Shown here one piece after another: positions 8,227 through 16,406 of a stretch of 64,000 bases of DNA. The translations under genes and the position numbers were made by a program. The notes under the pieces are model-generated. The model was not told where the DNA came from. It saw nothing but the letters and a program-made list of their open reading frames with translations, and did not search any database. The first letter of the stretch is position 1. Every line of letters begins with the position of its first letter. The stretch lies in sequence record OR413578.1. One strand, 5' to 3'.

Positions 8227-8445
8227 ATGTTTCACCGTCCTGGGTTTTCAGCTTTAAACACCGATGTCTGTTGGGCCGAGTACGAGCGGGTGAAGGAGTT
8301 CTTACCCGTAAATCCAAAACACATCAACGTGGGTACTATCGGGCGTGTTGCGTTCGATGATACTCCGCTGAGTACGTGTATTAAAGCAGCGCTTGGTACG
8401 CTGCCTGAGCCTCACCACCACGACTGGGAGGCAACTTTACCCTAA
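8227..8445 (+). CDS. 72-aa protein with an EF-Tu N-terminus-like segment
   Basis: GAGGAG RBS then ATG 8227; contains HINVGTIGRVAFDDTPLSTCIKAAL. Confidence 0.75.
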   Translation: MFHRPGFSALNTDVCWAEYERVKEFLPVNPKHINVGTIGRVAFDDTPLSTCIKAALGTLPEPHHHDWEATLP

Positions 8446-8456
8446 GGAGCATTAAA

Positions 8457-8879
8457 ATGGTTACCGCTATTCGCGAAACAAAATCACTATACGATCATTT
8501 ATCAGAAGAAGAAACAGCCTTATTCTACGACCTGTTACCTGAAACCAAAGCAAATGTTCAGTGGTGGTTACGTTTAGCGCTACGTGATAAAGTTGGGGAA
8601 ACGCCGGTTAGTATTCTCGCGCACACGTTGGACATGACGCCCATGATTGAAATCGCGATTACCCGCCCTAAATTCTGGCGGCCTGGTATGGTGCGTGAGG
8701 CGTATCTACTCCAACGCTTAGGTGTTGACCCGGAGAAGTGTTGGCGTAAGATGGACGACCATCGCTACCGTGAAGAAATTACGAATAGCCTCAACACTAT
8801 GTTGGCAATGAAACGACTCGGTATCGAACACGAAGGTTTCGAGTCAGCGGTAAAAGCCTGGGTGAAAAGGAACAGCTAA
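8457..8879 (+). CDS. Hypothetical protein
   Basis: 140-aa ORF, AAGGAG RBS. Confidence 0.85.
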   Translation: MVTAIRETKSLYDHLSEEETALFYDLLPETKANVQWWLRLALRDKVGETPVSILAHTLDMTPMIEIAITRPKFWRPGMVREAYLLQRLGVDPEKCWRKMDDHRYREEITNSLNTMLAMKRLGIEHEGFESAVKAWVKRNS

Positions 8880-9128
8880 ATGCAAAAAACAATCATCGGA
8901 ATAACGGTTGGTTCTTTCTGTGGCTTCCCTACCCCACAAACAGAACCCCAATATTTGGGCGCAGGCAAACCTGACCCGGAAGTCCGTAAGTTGCGCGAAG
9001 AAGCAAAAGCCAGAGTTCTTACTGAGCTGGAATCGTTGCTTCAGTCTCCGGTTATTTCACAATGGGGTATGGCAATAGATGTCACTCGAACTGATCGACG
9101 AGGCCGTTATCTCCCACGACTTGTTTAA
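8880..9128 (+). CDS. Hypothetical protein
   Basis: 82-aa ORF abutting the previous stop. Confidence 0.7.
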   Translation: MQKTIIGITVGSFCGFPTPQTEPQYLGAGKPDPEVRKLREEAKARVLTELESLLQSPVISQWGMAIDVTRTDRRGRYLPRLV

Positions 9129-9579
9129 CGCGCCTGAGCGCTTCAAGGTCGTTACAGTTAACTGCGTTGGTGCAATGGGAAGGGGCATTGCCTTGGCGTG
9201 CCGAGAACGCTTCCCATCGCTTTATAATGACTATCGCCAGAAATGCCGTAAAGAGCAAATCGTTATCGGTGAGGTCTATTGTTATCCTGAGGAAGGGGTA
9301 ATACTCCTTCCTACTAAAACCCATTTTCGCTATAAATCGCAGATTTACTATGTCACGTCCGGCATTGATGCGCTGGCGCGACTAGGGGAAGACTTAGAAG
9401 GAGGGATTGCGATACCGCCCCTAGGGATGGCTAACGGTTGGTTACGTTACCATGAGCGATTGGAAATCTTTATACACTTACAGAAACGACTACAGCACAC
9501 GGAGCAGACTTATCGATTCTATTTACCGGACACCCTGCTGAGGGAAGCAGAGAAAATCATCCCAAATAGTTTCAAATAG
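9079..9579 (+). CDS. Macrodomain protein (ADP-ribose processing, DarG-like subgroup)
   Basis: VTVNCVGAMGRGIALACRERFPSLYNDY, LLPTKTHF, IAIPPLGMANGWL. Confidence 0.85.
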   Translation: MSLELIDEAVISHDLFNAPERFKVVTVNCVGAMGRGIALACRERFPSLYNDYRQKCRKEQIVIGEVYCYPEEGVILLPTKTHFRYKSQIYYVTSGIDALARLGEDLEGGIAIPPLGMANGWLRYHERLEIFIHLQKRLQHTEQTYRFYLPDTLLREAEKIIPNSFK

Positions 9580-9596
9580 ATATTATCATCAGGGCA
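9571..9596 (+). promoter_or_regulatory. Early promoter motif variant
   Basis: TTCAAATAGATATTATCATCAGGGCA aligns with the 18663 copy. Confidence 0.5.
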
Positions 9597-9613
9597 CATT
9601 ACAAAGGAGCACA

Positions 9614-9658
9614 ATGCCGTCCGCGCCGTCTTCCCGGATTGGGAACGGAAAAGTATAA
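9614..9658 (+). CDS. 14-aa upstream ORF (possible leader peptide)
   Basis: AAAGGAG RBS then ATG; MPSAPSSRIGNGKV*. Confidence 0.35.
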   Translation: MPSAPSSRIGNGKV

Positions 9659-9678
9659 ATCCGTTTGGAGATACATCC

Positions 9679-10401
9679 ATGTTTCGCACCATTTTATTTC
9701 TTCTGGTAGCAATGACTACGTTCAACAGCAACGCTTCTTACCAGACCACCAGTAACAAACACCAAAAAGAATTCGTCCTTATCCAGGACCAGTTCAATGA
9801 GATTAAACCTCTCATCGTCACCGCATCTCGAAAACAAGGCGTACATGCCGGGATGCTCGCGACCACCATTTATCGTGAATCCCGTTTTAATAAAAACGTG
9901 GGTAAGAATAAATCGAGCAGTGCTAGTAGTGTTGTCCAAATGACGACAGGCACTAAACGCTCCATGATACGTCTGTATGGGAAACAACTTAACATCCCAA
10001 AGAATGCGGACCTTAATAAACCGAAGTATGCTGTACAGCTTGCTGCCGTTTACATGAAACACATCGAGGATCATCTGACAAAACAACTCAAACGCAAGCC
10101 GAGCACAGCCGAAATCGCTTTAGGCTACCGCTTCGGTGAGGGTGCTGCTGTTGCGATGATTAAAAAGAAATCACCGGTCGGGAAACGCTGGATGGCCAGC
10201 TACCGAAAAGACGCAGCATTCTACGGTGCGAAAATGACACCACCGAAAGCTGAAACACGTCAGCTTGCTTTTGCGAAGGAAGACCGCGACCAACGCGTCG
10301 CCGAACTTCAGAAAATCTGGGATACGCTGTACACCAAAATATCACCTGCGGCCGGTACATTACTGGCAAATAACACTATCATGAAAGGAGCATTGCTTTG
10401 A
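9679..10401 (+). CDS. Secreted SLT-family lytic transglycosylase-like protein
   Basis: Signal peptide; IYRESRFN catalytic Glu motif, SASSVVQMT (GLMQ-like), AVQLAAVY and LGYRFGEG motifs. Confidence 0.8.
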   Translation: MFRTILFLLVAMTTFNSNASYQTTSNKHQKEFVLIQDQFNEIKPLIVTASRKQGVHAGMLATTIYRESRFNKNVGKNKSSSASSVVQMTTGTKRSMIRLYGKQLNIPKNADLNKPKYAVQLAAVYMKHIEDHLTKQLKRKPSTAEIALGYRFGEGAAVAMIKKKSPVGKRWMASYRKDAAFYGAKMTPPKAETRQLAFAKEDRDQRVAELQKIWDTLYTKISPAAGTLLANNTIMKGALL

Positions 10402-10991
10402 CACTCGTAACACGCCCCTGGTATCCAGGTCTTAAAACAGCCGCACAAATCACCGCCAAAGACGTTTACGAACTGATTCGCGCGGGTGCGGAACACGTTC
10501 AAACCAATCCGAACTACGTTGAGCGTCCTATCGGTGAAGTCGATGGGGAAGCTGTCGAAGCACCTGTCTACGTTGAGTACGGCGAATGGTTCGCAGAGAA
10601 CCACGGTTTCTACGACGCGTTAAACGCGGCGTTTGGTGATGACGAAGACGAAGGTATCGAATTCGACTGGAACGTTAATCTGGCGCTGATGTGGATTTGT
10701 GGTTTACGTCCAGCAATTGACGAAACCGAAGCAGGTTTCGTGCTGACGTGGCGACAGTCGGCGGGTTACAATAAAGAACTCGACTTCAAACAGGCGTATA
10801 TGGATGTGTCGATTGCACTGCAGAAACTGTTCTTCGGCGATCGTGCTTTCTGCCAGCTCAGCTGGTTGACCATCCTGGAAAAACTGGCAACGTGCCACAA
10901 ACTGTGGCGAGCAGAAGATGCCCCAGAACATCTTTTCGTGCTCGAATATGCAGTGGTACCGAACCAGCCGTTCTTTGAGGCCGAAGCGTAA
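10398..10991 (+). CDS. Hypothetical acidic protein
   Basis: TTG start after AAAGGAG; 197 aa. Confidence 0.8.
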   Translation: MTLVTRPWYPGLKTAAQITAKDVYELIRAGAEHVQTNPNYVERPIGEVDGEAVEAPVYVEYGEWFAENHGFYDALNAAFGDDEDEGIEFDWNVNLALMWICGLRPAIDETEAGFVLTWRQSAGYNKELDFKQAYMDVSIALQKLFFGDRAFCQLSWLTILEKLATCHKLWRAEDAPEHLFVLEYAVVPNQPFFEAEA

Positions 10992-10996
10992 TTAAC

Positions 10997-11030
10997 GGTC
11001 AGACCTTCGGGTCTGACCACCTTTTATTTA
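10997..11030 (+). terminator. Intrinsic terminator
   Basis: GGTCAGACC-TTCG-GGTCTGACC followed by a T-rich tail. Confidence 0.8.
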
Positions 11031-11042
11031 ATTCTTGGGTGT

Positions 11043-11309
11043 GTGTTCGTGAAACGTTTAATAAATTTTCTCTACTGGATGGAGAAACGCTATAGCCACA
11101 ACATTCCGATGATGTATAGTTTGTTATTCTCCACGGTAATGTTGGTGATCGGTGCGATCGTCGCGCATCTGATGGAACTCACGTCTCCATGGGCGCAACT
11201 CTTTCTTACCATCTGGATGTTGTTCTCAGGCTACCACATACGTGGTTTCATAACCCGATTCTTTCGCTGGCGTAGTACCTGGCACGTCTTTAATTCCGAC
11301 CGTAACTAG
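11043..11309 (+). CDS. Small two-TM membrane protein
   Basis: Two hydrophobic helices, basic C-terminus. Confidence 0.65.
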   Translation: MFVKRLINFLYWMEKRYSHNIPMMYSLLFSTVMLVIGAIVAHLMELTSPWAQLFLTIWMLFSGYHIRGFITRFFRWRSTWHVFNSDRN

Positions 11310-11369
11310 TTTTTTACAGCAGTAACTAATCATCTGAAAATACCATTGACTTTTATAAGGACTATTAAC

Positions 11370-12503
11370 ATGCAATTTCCAATTTCCGTAATCGAAGATA
11401 TGGCTCGTGTAGTACGTGACCGTGCGTATGTGCTTAGCTACGAGGGTATTCGTGCATATTCAGAAGCTCTGATTGCACAACACGTCACTGGCACCGGTGT
11501 TATCAACCCGGATCTTTACAATGCGCTGGTCGATAACAATGTGGAGGCTTATCTGCCGCTGCCGCACCTGCGTAATAAGTTGTGCCTTTCTTCTCAAACT
11601 CTTCAGTTTGATAACCTGCCGCCACTGAAATATTCGCCGGATGACCGTTGGGGAAGTATGCTGGGCGTAGCTTTCCAAAATTGCCACGCGCCTTATAACT
11701 GGTCTATACTCGTTGAAGGTGTTGATGGTGTCTGGTATGCCATTGCACATTCTGACGAATTCTTCTTCGAGCCAGGTGAACTGATTAAACCCGTAAGTGC
11801 TCCACATGGTCGTGTTAAGGTTGGGCATTGTTACATTGAATTGACTCATGTTCAGTGGACTATCGAAGACTGGCGTGCTGCCTCCGTTATCTTCGGTGAC
11901 GGTAAACCACACTCAGTTACTTTCGAGCGTTGTGAAGCAGAGCATGTTGAAGAGACTGACAATGACGAAGTGGGAGATCGTTACGCGCCGCTGGAAGTGT
12001 GTCGTAACATCGCGAATATCGACTGGGTGAAAGTCTTTACGGCCAACCCCGGTTTCCGTGGTCAGACTATCAACCCCGGCGAAGTAACCTGGGAAGGTTT
12101 CGTACAACTCGCAGATAAACTCGGTTATGACGTGTGGGATTACACCTACAAACGTCCATACCCGAATGCGTCGGAAGATGAAGACCACGATGAAATCATT
12201 CTGGAAAACCTGGCTGATATCGAAAACGTGTTCATCGATGATGAAATCTTCATCACCCTCGGCATTGAGCGTCCGAAATCAACCGCATATCCGGTATCGG
12301 TTGCCAGCGTTATTCAGGAACTGGGCAAGATGCAGGAGCAGACCGTCGAAGTGAAAATCGACGAAGAGCAAATGCATATCGTTGCACAGGTACAGAAAAC
12401 TCTGAACCTGGATAAACTGTACGCGGAAATCCGCAAGCAGCCGAAAAAGAAACGTACTGCTGCCACAATCAAAGCAATGATGCGTGAAATTATCGGCAAG
12501 TAA
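11370..12503 (+). CDS. Hypothetical protein
   Basis: ATG 11370 after TAAGGA; about 377 aa, acidic middle, basic end. Confidence 0.85.
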   Translation: MQFPISVIEDMARVVRDRAYVLSYEGIRAYSEALIAQHVTGTGVINPDLYNALVDNNVEAYLPLPHLRNKLCLSSQTLQFDNLPPLKYSPDDRWGSMLGVAFQNCHAPYNWSILVEGVDGVWYAIAHSDEFFFEPGELIKPVSAPHGRVKVGHCYIELTHVQWTIEDWRAASVIFGDGKPHSVTFERCEAEHVEETDNDEVGDRYAPLEVCRNIANIDWVKVFTANPGFRGQTINPGEVTWEGFVQLADKLGYDVWDYTYKRPYPNASEDEDHDEIILENLADIENVFIDDEIFITLGIERPKSTAYPVSVASVIQELGKMQEQTVEVKIDEEQMHIVAQVQKTLNLDKLYAEIRKQPKKKRTAATIKAMMREIIGK

Positions 12504-12509
12504 TGCGAT

Positions 12510-12558
12510 AAAAAATAAAAGCCTACCTACTCCCTTGGGAGTAGGTAGTTCTTTTTTT
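12510..12558. terminator. Bidirectional terminator between convergent genes
   Basis: A tract, CTACCTACTCCC-TT-GGGAGTAGGTAG, T tract. Confidence 0.85.
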
Positions 12559-12560
12559 CT

Positions 12561-13184
12561 TTAATTTGTTAACCCATTATCTTTCAGGATTTTCAACATC
12601 GCATCATTCAACGCCTGCAGTTCTTGATTCTGCTTAGTGAGTGTTGCAACTTGTTCTGTCAGAGGAACCTGCTCACGGATTTTGGCTTTACGCACCGCTT
12701 CCATTTGCAAGTGTTCTTCTTCCGTCACCGTCCCTTCGTAATCCATCGATGTGATGTCCACACGTGCATCGATTCCTAAACCGCGCTCTAAGATGCTTTT
12801 CAGGTCGTTCGTTAGCAGTGTGACATCGACGTATTCGGGTATTAATGCCAGGTCAATAACCACCACATTGCGTCTATAATTTAACCCGTTCAGTCCAGGA
12901 TACGTCTCAATGTACGTATCAGGCAACTCGTAGACTTGACCGTCCCTCGACTTTAATGTTACAATCGAGGCTTCGACATTAGCGTCGCTGATATAGTCGT
13001 CACGAGTTAGGCCGACAGGTTTATAATACTTGTTATAAACGTCAATATTATTACGTTGGAGTTTCGGAAAGTTCTGTACCGCGTCAACACGGTAAATCAC
13101 TTTATCTGGCAACGTATAAGGTGCCTTAACCTTGAACAACCCCTCAAGGTTAACCTGAGGCGTGTTAGGCAACAGTTGTGCCAT
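12561..13184 (-). CDS. Probable virion structural protein (SPN3US gp202-like)
   Basis: 207-aa ORF; size and synteny as recalled. Confidence 0.65.
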   Translation of the reverse strand: MAQLLPNTPQVNLEGLFKVKAPYTLPDKVIYRVDAVQNFPKLQRNNIDVYNKYYKPVGLTRDDYISDANVEASIVTLKSRDGQVYELPDTYIETYPGLNGLNYRRNVVVIDLALIPEYVDVTLLTNDLKSILERGLGIDARVDITSMDYEGTVTEEEHLQMEAVRKAKIREQVPLTEQVATLTKQNQELQALNDAMLKILKDNGLTN

Positions 13185-13194
13185 TTAACCCTCC

Positions 13195-14574
13195 TTAGGC
13201 TTCTGGCTCTGCCGCAGGGACATCCCAAACAGCTTTGCGGGCCAAGACACGATACTCCACGTTATCGAATTCGAAGACGTAGAAGTAAACGTTAGGATCG
13301 ACGTCGTCTACGAGCTTCACGATATCCAGCGGGGTGGAATGTGGGTGATACTCTTCCGCTGCGATTAACGCCTGGAAGAACAAGTCCAGCCACTCGGTGG
13401 TTTTCTTCGACATTCTCGCAATATCTGCATTGTTAGTGCCGATTAATGCGTAGTCGGGAATCGTATCGTGCAGGGTCGTTTTGCGTGAATCGTTTTCAGG
13501 GCCTGCGATAACTACAGCGTTTAGTGATTTATAGATGGACGGTAAATCCGTTACATCGGTAGTTGGAGTTGAGATTGCTCCACTATTTTTTTCCGTAATG
13601 GTTTGAACAGTCCACTCCCCAAATCGGGAGATTGCTTTGACCCAGAAATCATATGGGAGAATCGGCGAGTATAATGCCGCAACGTCTTCCTCATTTGGAA
13701 TCCCACGAATTGACCAACCGGGAACAATTGTGAACTTGGTGGTCGTAAAGATTTCTGGGAACACCTTGACACCCAATGCCACAGTAAAACTGGAGTTTGC
13801 CAAAATGTAATCACGTAACGCTTGTTTAATCCTGCTCGGGTTACGACCCGCGCGTCCGTAGATGATAGCCGACATCGGTATCGGTAAGGTGGAATCAAAG
13901 TCTTCCTGGTCGTGCCAAGTATAGATGTTAGTAATCAGGCTAGTGTACGGATAACCGTCAGCTAATTCGTTAATCTTATTATGGTGATCCGGAAGGTTGA
14001 ACCCTTCCATTGCCTTTTCGACTACAGATTTCACAGCCAAGAAAGTATCAACCGGTAATATCGGCATTTGGACTTCAATTTCAAATCCGGTATAGTCCTG
14101 ATTGAAATCTTCATCAGCAAACCAGAGAATAATCTGGTTATTCACATCAGATGGGTCTTCGACTTTATCTGCCGTGGTTTCAAGTTTCCAACTGACCCAA
14201 CGTGGGAACCAGTTACTGTTAGTCTGAATCATCGCGCCAGACTGAACACCGCTGATGACACTATTAAATTGCCCCAACAGCAAACGCTGGAATTCAACTT
14301 CGTCGTTTCTTAAGTTGCCCAGGATAGACTGTTGGTAGATCCATTGGGAAACAGTAAGAACGTGGTCGCTAAAGACGGCCGGGGTCTTAATAGGCAACTC
14401 GTCACGTTTAGAAGTAAAAGCAACCAGTTCCACCTGCAGATTTTCTTTAGTAAAATACTGCTTGCTTTTAGCGAACGAATATGACAGCTCAGACAACTCA
14501 CCTACCGGAGCGGTGTTGCCAGGGCCATTATCAATCAGAGCCGCTATTTGAATAAAGCCTTGTAAATCATACAT
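13195..14574 (-). CDS. Probable virion structural protein (SPN3US gp203-like)
   Basis: 459-aa ORF; size and synteny as recalled. Confidence 0.7.
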   Translation of the reverse strand: MYDLQGFIQIAALIDNGPGNTAPVGELSELSYSFAKSKQYFTKENLQVELVAFTSKRDELPIKTPAVFSDHVLTVSQWIYQQSILGNLRNDEVEFQRLLLGQFNSVISGVQSGAMIQTNSNWFPRWVSWKLETTADKVEDPSDVNNQIILWFADEDFNQDYTGFEIEVQMPILPVDTFLAVKSVVEKAMEGFNLPDHHNKINELADGYPYTSLITNIYTWHDQEDFDSTLPIPMSAIIYGRAGRNPSRIKQALRDYILANSSFTVALGVKVFPEIFTTTKFTIVPGWSIRGIPNEEDVAALYSPILPYDFWVKAISRFGEWTVQTITEKNSGAISTPTTDVTDLPSIYKSLNAVVIAGPENDSRKTTLHDTIPDYALIGTNNADIARMSKKTTEWLDLFFQALIAAEEYHPHSTPLDIVKLVDDVDPNVYFYVFEFDNVEYRVLARKAVWDVPAAEPEA

Positions 14575-14598
14575 AATTAAAAACTCTCCGAGGTGAGC

Positions 14599-15108
14599 AT
14601 GATAGCATCAGTTTTCAAACTGCTTCCATTCTTACAGATGCTGTGGGAAGCATTTAAACCGGGCGAGGGGGAGAAAGTAACACGAGCCGGGAAAATAGTG
14701 ACACTAGTGATAGTGGCACTGATCGCGTTCTCTGCATTTGTCTCATATGCCTATATTGTTCAATACCACACACTGGTTAGCGTTCAATCGCGTACTCAGT
14801 ATCTGGAGATATCCTATAAGGAGCTAAAAGAGAAGTCCGATCATGGCGAAGTGGAGAACAATAAGTTGTACGATCGTCTCTTCACGTGCCTGGGTTCTCG
14901 ACCGCCATATGATGGTACCAAATCCCCAACAGGAACAGGCACTGAGGCCGCGGTTCCGCCTGTAGAACTCAAGCCGGTAACACCGCCGGCACCGTTAAAT
15001 CCGTCTAGCCCACCTGCCAAGAAATACCAGGCCGCTTCTCGCCCGGTAGGGTCGCAGGAGGCAAATGATTTCCGACAGGAGATTATCAGTACGCTTAATA
15101 ATCCATGA
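14599..15108 (+). CDS. Putative inner-membrane spanin (Rz-like)
   Basis: Single N-terminal TM (IVTLVIVALIAFSAFVSYAYIV), helical periplasmic segment, Pro-rich tail; directly upstream of a lipoprotein. Confidence 0.55.
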   Translation: MIASVFKLLPFLQMLWEAFKPGEGEKVTRAGKIVTLVIVALIAFSAFVSYAYIVQYHTLVSVQSRTQYLEISYKELKEKSDHGEVENNKLYDRLFTCLGSRPPYDGTKSPTGTGTEAAVPPVELKPVTPPAPLNPSSPPAKKYQAASRPVGSQEANDFRQEIISTLNNP

Positions 15109-15117
15109 GGAGCATAC

Positions 15118-15597
15118 ATGAAGTTATTTTTGGTGGCGATACTGGTGCTATTGTTGACAGGATGTCCTGGAGCCGTCCGTCACGTAGACCCAGATTACTC
15201 CTCAACCGGAGATTGGCCTTTTCGTCCTTTAGAACACCCACCAGTTTATGCTGGTGGGAACAGTCCTGAGGCGAAAAAGCTGGCAGGGAAAATGTTTGTT
15301 GCGGATGTGAACGCTTATGCTTATTACGTTTATCTGTACGCTAAGTCGTTGAACAATTACGCAGAAGCTAAGGGGTGGCGCACCCCGATGGCCGCACCGC
15401 TTTGTGAAGAGTTTATTCGCCCCACTCTTCATGATATACCCTCCGGGATATATCTCGACCCTGGTTCTCGTAGCCCTCAGGACATTAGTCGTGATTTGTC
15501 ACGACAGATTAAGTCTCTCATACGCAGCTATCGCGAAGACAGAGAGTCTTTTAATCATGCCTACGAACGGCACAAAAGTAGTTGCCTTGTGCAATGA
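15118..15597 (+). CDS. Lipoprotein, putative outer-membrane spanin (Rz1-like)
   Basis: Lipobox MKLFLVAILVLLLTGC; Pro-rich start of the mature region. Confidence 0.6.
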   Translation: MKLFLVAILVLLLTGCPGAVRHVDPDYSSTGDWPFRPLEHPPVYAGGNSPEAKKLAGKMFVADVNAYAYYVYLYAKSLNNYAEAKGWRTPMAAPLCEEFIRPTLHDIPSGIYLDPGSRSPQDISRDLSRQIKSLIRSYREDRESFNHAYERHKSSCLVQ

Positions 15598-15601
15598 AAA
15601 C

Positions 15602-15640
15602 TCCCTCTTACCTTCGGGTAAGAGGGGATTTCCTTTTTTT
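15602..15640 (+). terminator. Intrinsic terminator
   Basis: CCCTCTTACC-TTCG-GGTAAGAGGG followed by a T tract. Confidence 0.85.
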
Positions 15641-15686
15641 ACGTTAATAGTCAATAGTGTGATATATAATCTCGTGGAGAGTTGAA

Positions 15687-16406
15687 ATGACATATCCTAA
15701 AATTCTGCCTGTTTTAACGCCCACCGTTGTTGTTGGGACGGACTTAGAGACCCTGGCTTTACGTCCAGATGCCTACATCTTAACGTTGGCAAACGTGGCA
15801 TTCGATGTTCCGACAATGAAAATGATCGGTTCATGTTACCACAAAATCGACCCCAATGATGCAAAAGCAAAAGAAATCTTCTACATCGATCCACAAACGG
15901 TCGGTTATTGGGAAGGTAAAGGCGACCCCGAATACGCACCGAGCGAGAAAGCACGTATTGAAGCGTTTTCTGGGACCACTCCACTGCCAGAAGCACTGTG
16001 GGCGGCCAAAAAATGGTTGGATGATCTGGGCAACGTGAAAATGGTTATCACCATGCGCGGTCCCGATTTCGATGCTCCAATTCTGATGAACGCATTCGCG
16101 CAGTGCGATATCCCGCCGGGCAAGTACCGCAAGTTTTCTATATTGGACTCTGACCGGACTGCAGAACGTATTGCATATGCGTTTGGCCTGGAACCGAACT
16201 GGCACGCAGAAGCGCACCATTGGACCCGTGGCAAAGAAGCGTACGAGCATAACGCTAGCTTCGATGCTGCGAAGGAAGCGTATTCTACGGCACGCATCTA
16301 TCATTTGGCCCTGGTCGCGCGTACGTACGGCTTCGAACGCATGTTAGAAGCCCACCGCGAAATGTGCACAGGTGAATACATTCCACCGCAGTTGCGAGGA
16401 GAATAA
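15687..16406 (+). CDS. DEDDh 3'-5' exonuclease
   Basis: GTDLETLALRPDAYILTLANVAFD, RGPDFDAPILMNAF, HNASFDA. Confidence 0.85.
   Translation: MTYPKILPVLTPTVVVGTDLETLALRPDAYILTLANVAFDVPTMKMIGSCYHKIDPNDAKAKEIFYIDPQTVGYWEGKGDPEYAPSEKARIEAFSGTTPLPEALWAAKKWLDDLGNVKMVITMRGPDFDAPILMNAFAQCDIPPGKYRKFSILDSDRTAERIAYAFGLEPNWHAEAHHWTRGKEAYEHNASFDAAKEAYSTARIYHLALVARTYGFERMLEAHREMCTGEYIPPQLRGE

Noticed and set aside
8320-8343. Link to the plant elf18 epitope of EF-Tu
   Set aside because: Only the second half of elf18 is matched, it is internal, and nothing here shows a plant-associated host
11043-11309. Holin call for the two-TM protein
   Set aside because: Topology fits but so do many small membrane proteins; not linked to the spanin-like pair
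15655-15682. ATAGTGTGATATATAATCTCGTGGAG as another early promoter
   Set aside because: Only partly matches the repeated motif; left uncalled
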